A stretch of DNA of 62,789 bases, taken from the NCBI GenBank assembly GCA_016286345.1, contig JAEESL010000003.1, positions 1-62,789 of the forward strand, read 5' to 3'. Each line of letters begins with the position of its first letter. The first letter of the stretch is position 1. Below, one piece after another: positions 56,464-62,789 of this stretch. The notes under the pieces were generated by a model that was not told the origin of the DNA, ran no database searches, and saw only the letters and a program-made list of their open reading frames with translations. The stretch is from Dehalococcoidales bacterium (lineage in GTDB: Bacteria > Chloroflexota > Dehalococcoidia > Dehalococcoidales > UBA1222). The translations under genes and the position numbers were made by a program.

Positions 56464-57309
56464 TTAATCCGTTGCCGAAGCCATAATGACAACAAAACGA
56501 TCAAGCGTTTTGTCGTAAACAGTAAGGCAGAGCGTACCCCACCACTCGTGCCCGTCGTCGAAGTATTCTGACCAGTCGGTTGACCACTCATATATTTCAA
56601 GCCCGTCGATCCCGTTTGGAAACAGGGCGGCGTTCACACGTGCGAAATCCTTGTCAGTATAGCCGCTCTGATGCGGCGGACATAGAAAAGCTTTTCGGTA
56701 GTTGAGCTTTCCGTCTTGAAAGTCAGAAGAAAACATCTCTTCTGCGGAAACCCTTTTACCGACGGCCTGATCGGGATTGCCGTTCCATTCACCGCTGAAT
56801 CTGCTGAAAGCAGTCTTCAAAGATCTGCGGTGCGATTCATAACCACCGTGTTGTTTTTCCTTTACGATACAGTATTCAACAACCAGATTGGAATACTCAG
56901 AAATCAGCGTGTAAAACGGATCATCATTCCGTTTCTTCTCCGTCATAAGCAGCTCTTCATTGTCGTCCTGCTTTGTATCAAGTTGATTCAACAGATTCTT
57001 TCGATTCGCCATGTCACGTAATGCCTGTGTGGATGTAAGATCCTTATCATAAGTGTTACCGGAGAGCGTATCGCGGACGATCTGATCAACAAGCGCCTGG
57101 CGGCTTTTGTAGCCGTAAGGAATCGCTACAATGGTGTACATTTTTCCGGGATACTCCCAATTCTCCTGAAAGTAATCCTCCACAGGATGGCGGTCGATCA
57201 CCTCCGTGACGTTCGGATGAGTTTTTCGAACTATCGCCAGAGCTTCCTTGTGTATATCATTGCGAAACTCTGTCGCATATTTCAAATCCTGTTCGCTGTA
57301 TTCAGGCAT
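56464..57309 (-). CDS. hypothetical protein
   Basis: 281 aa and GC-richer than its neighbours. The conserved-looking C-terminus reads FLCPPHQSGYT...LEIYEWSTDWSEYFDDGHEWWGTLCLTVYD...VVIMASATD. I cannot assign a family. Confidence 0.5.
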   Translation of the reverse strand: MPEYSEQDLKYATEFRNDIHKEALAIVRKTHPNVTEVIDRHPVEDYFQENWEYPGKMYTIVAIPYGYKSRQALVDQIVRDTLSGNTYDKDLTSTQALRDMANRKNLLNQLDTKQDDNEELLMTEKKRNDDPFYTLISEYSNLVVEYCIVKEKQHGGYESHRRSLKTAFSRFSGEWNGNPDQAVGKRVSAEEMFSSDFQDGKLNYRKAFLCPPHQSGYTDKDFARVNAALFPNGIDGLEIYEWSTDWSEYFDDGHEWWGTLCLTVYDKTLDRFVVIMASATD

Positions 57310-57510
57310 AATAGTTTTCCATGTTTATTCTTCATAATGACAAGGCTCATAGTAACCTGTTTCTCCCAAAAGTGTAACATATGTTTTGATGACCAAGAAA
57401 ATTTACACATTATGAGGTAGTGTATAGATTCTTTACTACACTTATAAATGTTTGCTAAAATATGTCGTTACTAAGCAGTTGATAATATCTATCAGCGAAG
57501 GGAGTAACAA

Positions 57511-59007
57511 ATGGCATATTATTATCCGGAACCTTCTCGTACTTTTAATGAATTCCTTCTTGTTCCTTGTTATACATCGGAGAAATGCACCCCGGATCAG
57601 GTTTCTCTTAAAACACCGCTTGTGAAATACAGAAAGGGTGTTGAAGAATGTCCGATTGAATTATCTATTCCTCTTTCTTCGGCTATCATGCAGTCCGTTT
57701 CCGATGATAATCTTGCAGTTGCCCTTGCAAAGGAAGGCGGTATTTCCTTTATATATGGGTCACAGACCATTGAAGATGAAGCCAGCATGGTTAAAAGAGT
57801 AAAAAATAACAAGGCTGGCTTTATTGTTAGTGCGTCTAACCTGACTCCTGATGCAACACTTGCAGATGTCATTGATCTTAAAGCTAAGAACGGTTTTTCC
57901 ACTGTTGCAATTACCGATGACAGTACAGCCAACGGCAAACTCCTCGGTATTGTTTCAAGCAGGGACTACCGTATTTCAAGAATGTCAATGGACACACCTG
58001 TAAAAGAATTCATGACTCCTATTGATAAACTTGTCACTGCCCCGGAGAATACAACTTTACATGAAGCAAACGATATTATCTGGGATAACAAACTGAATTC
58101 ACTTCCCATAATTGATAAAGACGGCCATCTTCTTTACTTCGTATTCCGAAAGGATTATTCACAGCATAAAGAGTATCCTAACTCCCTTATTGACGCTGAA
58201 AAGAGATATATAGTCGGTGCAGGTATCAACTCCCGTGACTATGAAGAAAGAGTTCCTGCTCTCGTAGAAGCAGGCGCTGATGTACTCTGTATCGATTCCT
58301 CGGAAGGTTATTCTATCTGGCAGAAAAGAACTATTGAGTTCATTCGAAACAAGTATGGAGACAAAGTCAAAGTCGGTGCCGGAAATGTAGTTGAAAAAGA
58401 TGGTTTCAAGTTCCTGGCCGAATGCGGCGCAGATTTTGTCAAGGTAGGTATCGGCGGCGGTTCGATCTGTATCACCCGTGCAACAAAGGGTATCGGCAGA
58501 GGACAGGCTTCTGCTGTTATAGAGGTTGCCCAGGCACGTGATGATTACTTCAAAGAGACCGGAGTTTATGTTCCTATCTGTTCGGATGGTGGTATAGTAC
58601 ATGATTATCATATGACCCTTGCACTGGCAATGGGTGCAGACTTCCTAATGCTCGGACGATATTTCGCAGGCTGTGACGAATCTCCTACAAACAAAGTTGT
58701 CATTAACAACCAGTTCTTCAAGGAATACTGGGGAGAGGGTTCCAACCGTGCCAGGAACTGGCAGCGATATGATCTTGGCGGAAGCAAATCATTATCATTT
58801 GAAGAGGGTGTTGATTCTTATATCCCGTATGCCGGTCCTCTTCATGACAATGTTGAGATGAGCCTTTACAAGGTTAAATCAACAATGTGCAACTGCGGCG
58901 TAACCAGCATTCCCGAACTTCATGAAAAAGCAAAATTGACAGTTGTTTCTGCAACATCCATCGTTGAAGGCAACTATCACGATGTAACTTTAAAAACCAA
59001 TACTTAG
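57511..59007 (+). CDS. guaB: IMP dehydrogenase
   Basis: 498 aa. It has a CBS pair insert, the catalytic loop [12 protein letters not shown], and [23 protein letters not shown]. Confidence 0.93.
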   Translation: MAYYYPEPSRTFNEFLLVPCYTSEKCTPDQVSLKTPLVKYRKGVEECPIELSIPLSSAIMQSVSDDNLAVALAKEGGISFIYGSQTIEDEASMVKRVKNNKAGFIVSASNLTPDATLADVIDLKAKNGFSTVAITDDSTANGKLLGIVSSRDYRISRMSMDTPVKEFMTPIDKLVTAPENTTLHEANDIIWDNKLNSLPIIDKDGHLLYFVFRKDYSQHKEYPNSLIDAEKRYIVGAGINSRDYEERVPALVEAGADVLCIDSSEGYSIWQKRTIEFIRNKYGDKVKVGAGNVVEKDGFKFLAECGADFVKVGIGGGSICITRATKGIGRGQASAVIEVAQARDDYFKETGVYVPICSDGGIVHDYHMTLALAMGADFLMLGRYFAGCDESPTNKVVINNQFFKEYWGEGSNRARNWQRYDLGGSKSLSFEEGVDSYIPYAGPLHDNVEMSLYKVKSTMCNCGVTSIPELHEKAKLTVVSATSIVEGNYHDVTLKTNT

Positions 59008-59047
59008 GTCATAATTTGACGAATGATAATATTTAATGGATAATTAA

Positions 59048-59122
59048 ATGTTGTCAACGCGGGGTGGAGCAGTGGCAGCTCGTCGGGCTCATAACCCGAA
59101 GGCCGTAGGTTCGAATCCTACC
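59048..59122 (+). tRNA. initiator-type tRNA-Met (anticodon CAU), CCA encoded
   Basis: CGCGGGG-TG-GAGC-AGTGGCA-GCTC-G-TCGGG-CTCATAA-CCCGA-AGGCC-GTAGG-TTCGAAT-CCTAC-CCCCGCT-A-CCA. Positions 1:72 are unpaired (C1/U72), and three G:C pairs close the anticodon stem. Confidence 0.85.
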
Positions 59123-59136
59123 CCCGCTACCAAACG

Positions 59137-59169
59137 AGAAAATAAAGGATCGACACAGCCGTGTCGGTC
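59137..59169 (+). terminator. rho-independent terminator after tRNA-Met
   Basis: GGATCGACAC (59137-59146), loop AGCC, GTGTCGGTCC (59151-59160, one G:U pair), followed by TTTTCTTTT. Confidence 0.8.
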
Positions 59170-59234
59170 CTTTTCTTTTATGTCTAAGTTCTATTGTCTA
59201 GTGATATAATTACTTACAGAAAGGAGATTATTCT

Positions 59235-59579
59235 ATGAAAAAATTCACTCGAATCTTTATGGTTGGTCTAGTCTGTTTATCCGTATTTGCTCTTTGTTCA
59301 TGTGGTTCAGCCAAACCCTCCGGAACTTATACGAGAGATGTCCTTATTGTCGGTTCAGCCACTTATACTTTCTCTGGTAACCAGGTAACTTCTTCCGTTG
59401 CAATTTTGGGAAGTGAAGGTAAAACAACCTATACTTTTGAAATGAAGGGTACAGAAGTCTGGACTGTTGGAGAAAATTCATCGGTTAAAATCGGAACGTA
59501 CAGCAAGGATACTGATACTTTCACTGATCTCAATGGACTGGCATACAAGAAAGTAAAAGATACTTCAAAATCCGCATAG
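59235..59579 (+). CDS. small lipoprotein, function unknown
   Basis: 114 aa with a signal peptide, the lipobox FALCSC, and an AAAGGAGA RBS. Confidence 0.6.
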   Translation: MKKFTRIFMVGLVCLSVFALCSCGSAKPSGTYTRDVLIVGSATYTFSGNQVTSSVAILGSEGKTTYTFEMKGTEVWTVGENSSVKIGTYSKDTDTFTDLNGLAYKKVKDTSKSA

Positions 59580-59600
59580 CAATACGTATTTAATTAACAT

Positions 59601-59638
59601 AAAAAAACCACTTTTTGTCAGCAAAAAGTGGTTTTTTT
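59601..59638. terminator. bidirectional rho-independent terminator
   Basis: A7, then CCACTTTTTG (59608-59617), loop TCAG, then CAAAAAGTGG (59622-59631), then T7. Confidence 0.9.
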
Positions 59639-59658
59639 ATTTGCGGTGAATAGCTGAA

Positions 59659-60387
59659 TTACATTTCTTTTTCAGAGCTCACAAAGTATCCCAATAAATT
59701 GAATACCACAGTGTATGAGCCTGATATGATAAGAGATCTGATCAGAAGTTCTTTGCTTATTTCATCATATGCCAGATCGTTAATAACACTTCCCAGCCAG
59801 TAATCTGAGAATGTAAAATTCTCTACTTTAAGCAATGATAAAACAAGATCCAGTATAAGGAACAGTAATGTCGGACCAAGCAGATTGACAGCTACAGCTC
59901 CGCCGGATTTTCCGATCATCGTTGCCAGAGCAAAGAAAACAGCATGAAAACCCATTATTGCGACCAGCTGCAGTCCGATAGACTGGAACATTTCCGTAGT
60001 CAATTCAACATGCCCGGTCGTGATAAGTCCAAATAAATATGTGATTACGAAACACAGTACTGCCATGATAATGCTGATGAAAAGGGAAACAAAGTATTTT
60101 GAAAAGTAAACGCTGAATCTGGAATATCCGCGGCCGTATATGTTTTTGATTGTTCCGTTCGAATAATCATCACATGCATAGATAGCTAAAAGTACGCCAA
60201 GTATCATTGTAAAGCTGGTATCTACGATGGAAAGAGGAATCATACTGGAAGGATCGAAGTAATCTCCCATCAAAGACTTTGAGAGATTAGCGGTGAAAAC
60301 AATTATCAGCGCAACGATCAGAAAACAGAAATACAGAGCTTTCATTCCAAGGATCTTGCGAAATTCAAAGCCGATCAGTTTACCCAT
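59659..60387 (-). CDS. ABC-2-type transporter permease
   Basis: 242 aa with about 6 TM helices. Its start directly abuts the stop of the upstream ATPase gene. Confidence 0.7.
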   Translation of the reverse strand: MGKLIGFEFRKILGMKALYFCFLIVALIIVFTANLSKSLMGDYFDPSSMIPLSIVDTSFTMILGVLLAIYACDDYSNGTIKNIYGRGYSRFSVYFSKYFVSLFISIIMAVLCFVITYLFGLITTGHVELTTEMFQSIGLQLVAIMGFHAVFFALATMIGKSGGAVAVNLLGPTLLFLILDLVLSLLKVENFTFSDYWLGSVINDLAYDEISKELLIRSLIISGSYTVVFNLLGYFVSSEKEM

Positions 60388-61275
60388 TTATCCGATCCTC
60401 CTGATAAAGTATTCTTCAAAACTGTCCTGTATATATGTGATCTCACATACAAAAATACCGGAATTCGTTAATATTTGATTGATTGCGGCACTGTCAGTTG
60501 GAGAATATACATTGACTATGCCGTCTTTTATATCTGCCTGAATTCCATTAAAACGATCTTTAATGATCGTCAGAGAGGCCTCAGGATCATTGGTGATTAT
60601 TGCAAGACGTTTGGAACAGCGTGATTCCAGTTCGCTTGCTGTTATTTCTTCAGTTAAACTGCCGTTGTTGATAATGCCGTATCTGGTTGTGATCTTAGCC
60701 AGTTCATCCAGTATGTGGCTTGATACAAGAATAGTAATCTGTTTTTCTTTATTCAGATTAAGAATAATATCACGTATTTCCTTGATTCCACCCGGATCAA
60801 GACCGTTGATTGGTTCATCCAGTATCAGAAGTTCCGGATTGCCAAGAAGCGAAAGTCCAATTCCCAGTCTTTGTTTCATGCCGAATGAGAATGCACTGAC
60901 CTTTTTTCTGCCGACTTTATCAAGCCCGACAAGTTCAAGTATTTCCTTGATTTGTTTGCTGCTGCCTCCGGATATCATTGCCATACGTTTCATGTTCTCG
61001 TAGGCAGTGCAGTTTTTGTAGAGAGCAGGTGATTCCACAAGAGAACCGATCTTTTTTCTTCCGGCAATCAGGTTTCTGCTGCCGAAGAGCTCAATGCTTC
61101 CTCTGTTAGGGTAGGATGTACCAAGCAGCATCTTCATCGTGGTTGTTTTTCCAGCTCCGTTTTTACCGATGAAACCGTAGATGTCACCACGTTCTATATG
61201 CATATTAACAGAGTTAACTGCAGTCTTCTGGCCATAGACTTTGGTAAGGTTTTCAGTTTTAACTATTAGATCCAT
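60388..61275 (-). CDS. ABC transporter ATP-binding protein
   Basis: 295 aa. It has Walker A GKNGAGKTT, a signature-like FSFGMKQRL, and Walker B LLILDEP. Confidence 0.9.
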   Translation of the reverse strand: MDLIVKTENLTKVYGQKTAVNSVNMHIERGDIYGFIGKNGAGKTTTMKMLLGTSYPNRGSIELFGSRNLIAGRKKIGSLVESPALYKNCTAYENMKRMAMISGGSSKQIKEILELVGLDKVGRKKVSAFSFGMKQRLGIGLSLLGNPELLILDEPINGLDPGGIKEIRDIILNLNKEKQITILVSSHILDELAKITTRYGIINNGSLTEEITASELESRCSKRLAIITNDPEASLTIIKDRFNGIQADIKDGIVNVYSPTDSAAINQILTNSGIFVCEITYIQDSFEEYFIRRIG

Positions 61276-61398
61276 TTTATTTTCTCTCTGTTTTTTTTAT
61301 TCTAGTGAAATTAAAGCGCCGCCTCCCGCAACCGAATCAACAGATCCGGTGAGAAAAACAAGAGGACATACTGTCAGGAATTGGATTGCAGACATGGG

Positions 61399-61710
61399 CT
61401 AGATGCGATGCCCATGATCATACTGACCATGCCAGTTGGGATCATATCGCTCAAAATAACCTTCTTCTCTTTCAAAAAGAAAACGCTGTTCAACAGGAAC
61501 GATAGGGTATTTGTAGTATAGAACAGGAATATTGACGATGCTTTCCATGATTGTCTGCCAGATGATATCGTCAGTCCAATGTCCGGTACGGGCAACAGCC
61601 TGAAAAAGATCTTCAGCAGTTGCTCTGTCGCCAAACCTTTCTAGAGCCTGGTCAAGCAGTGTTCTGACTGTTTCTGGTTCAAATTTTCTGGAACGGCTAT
61701 TTATATCCAT
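61399..61710 (-). CDS. hypothetical small protein
   Basis: 103 aa with an AAAGGAGA RBS. It lies on the same strand between the TetR gene and the ABC genes. No family is recognised. Confidence 0.45.
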   Translation of the reverse strand: MDINSRSRKFEPETVRTLLDQALERFGDRATAEDLFQAVARTGHWTDDIIWQTIMESIVNIPVLYYKYPIVPVEQRFLFEREEGYFERYDPNWHGQYDHGHRI

Positions 61711-61899
61711 CGCAATCTCCTTTGCGAGCTGATGATATTACTGATGAATATATTTTAGATAATAATCATCTCGATTATCAATAATAGATTGAAAGTAATT
61801 GCTGGATATATAGCAATATTGGTTTTAAGTGACTGTTTGGTTTATTTATTAAAATTACGATATCATTTCGATGGTTTATTATTATGATTACAAATGGGT

Positions 61900-62499
61900 T
61901 TAAATGTTGTTCAAAGCCTGTTCGATAATAATATCTTTGATTCTTTCTGGAAGGTGAGTAATTATCAGTCTTGAATATTCTTCTACAGTAATGGGGAAGT
62001 CTTCCTGAATCCATTCAGTGATGAGCAATGAAATACCTGCAGCAGATATCTTTACTGACATATCGATGTCTTCATCATATTTTTCTTTTCCATATCGTTT
62101 GATAAAGAATTCCTTGTGGAATGTATACCATACATCCCTGATGAAATTAGGAAAAGAATTCTCACCGCTCATATTTGCGATTTTTCTGTAATAATTTGGA
62201 GACTCTTTTATGATGGAAAGCAGCTTGTATGCACTGTTATCTCGCAGATTCTTTGCATTGTTGCCAATAACAGCTGTGGAAATAGAACTGAAATAAATAT
62301 AATTGATTAGAGAATTAACGTCGATGAAATGATTATAGAACGTTGATCGCGATACACCGGCTCTTTTCGTTATTTCAGTAACAGTAATGGATGAAGGATC
62401 ATCGCTCTCTTCAACCAAACTAACGATTGCATTACTGAGATTTCTCACAGCCTTGCAGTTTTTAATCTTATAATAATCCGTTATTTTCATACTCTTCAT
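61900..62499 (-). CDS. TetR/AcrR-family transcriptional regulator
   Basis: 199 aa with the N-terminal HTH ITVTEITKRAGVSRSTFYNHF. Confidence 0.85.
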   Translation of the reverse strand: MKSMKITDYYKIKNCKAVRNLSNAIVSLVEESDDPSSITVTEITKRAGVSRSTFYNHFIDVNSLINYIYFSSISTAVIGNNAKNLRDNSAYKLLSIIKESPNYYRKIANMSGENSFPNFIRDVWYTFHKEFFIKRYGKEKYDEDIDMSVKISAAGISLLITEWIQEDFPITVEEYSRLIITHLPERIKDIIIEQALNNI

Positions 62500-62633
62500 C
62501 CCAAATGATTAACATAATACTATACTTTGACAATAATTGTAATACTCAATATTTGAAGTCTTATGCCTAGAGATTTGAAAGTGTACAATTTTTCTCGTTG
62601 CTAATAGTGATATGATAACCGGAAGAGATAAAA

Positions 62634-62789
62634 ATGATTAATGAGTATCCTTTGATTTGGAAAGATATGCAGCTTCCAACGGGTCAGAAGTTTGCCGTAG
62701 CTGTCTGTGGTTACTGCAATAAAGTGCGTCATATTATGTTCGGAAATGATCCTCTAAGACGAATTATATTTACTTCAACGAAGATGGAT
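62634..62789 (+). CDS. hypothetical protein, 5' part only (runs off the window)
   Basis: My own translation from the ATG at 62634 gives MINEYPLIWKDMQLPTGQKFAVAVCGYCNKVRHIMFGNDPLRRIIFTSTKMD with no stop before the window end. The upstream RBS (GGAAGAG) is weak. Confidence 0.3.
   Translation, partial: MINEYPLIWKDMQLPTGQKFAVAVCGYCNKVRHIMFGNDPLRRIIFTSTKMD

Noticed and set aside
57310-57510. A purine (guanine) riboswitch upstream of guaB.
   Set aside because: There is no three-way-junction consensus (UAUAAUCGCGUGGAUAUGGCACGCAAGUUUCUACCGGGCACCGUAAAUGUCCGACUAUG-like). Only promoter-like AT-rich sequence is present.
1-62789. CRISPR arrays, rRNA genes, IS elements or transposases, prophage genes, toxin-antitoxin pairs.
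   Set aside because: I saw no regularly spaced direct repeats and no transposase, phage or TA signatures in any of the translated ORFs. Visual scanning cannot exclude very short or degenerate elements.

Overview
This is a 62.8-kb chromosomal segment from a low-GC, Gram-positive-type (Bacillota-like) bacterium that is probably an anaerobe. Supporting signs are GGAGG-type ribosome-binding sites (RBS), many A-run/hairpin/T-run bidirectional terminators, stop/start-overlapped operons, and anaerobe-style metabolism (formate-THF ligase, K+-dependent membrane pyrophosphatase, indolepyruvate:ferredoxin oxidoreductase, two-subunit pyruvate carboxylase). I call about 56 CDS (one is a 5'-truncated pseudogene; two run off the window ends) and 3 tRNAs (Gly-CCC, Asp-GUC, initiator-type Met-CAU). 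I found no rRNA, CRISPR array, transposase, phage genes or recognisable riboswitch. Most genes are housekeeping: fhs, aspS, tig, clpP, topA, xerC, ftsA, ftsZ, plsY, rarA, thiE, guaB, hppA. The items most worth a second look are: (1) a translationally coupled glutathione-peroxidase / uncharacterised radical-SAM / OhrR-like MarR operon (1711-3778); (2) a PTS-EIIC permease fused to an intact EAL c-di-GMP phosphodiesterase (10236-12395); (3) a zinc-ribbon membrane protein plus TPM-domain pair (19721-22163); (4) an AmmeMemoRadiSam locus whose Memo-like and AMMECR1 components are fused into one protein (23053-25436); (5) an ftsA lacking a membrane-targeting tail next to an ftsZ with a 48-residue Ser/Tyr/Gln-rich tail, followed by an intergenic array of TTGTC[CT] motifs; (6) a thiE-translin operon; (7) a GC-richer mosaic block (about 47.4-52.3 kb, plus 56.5-57.3 kb) that begins with a truncated vat-type acetyltransferase and contains a repeated ~30-bp motif after two successive small genes. 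I cannot show from sequence alone that any of these is a new system. All functional calls rest on motif recognition in the supplied translations and need HMM/BLAST confirmation.
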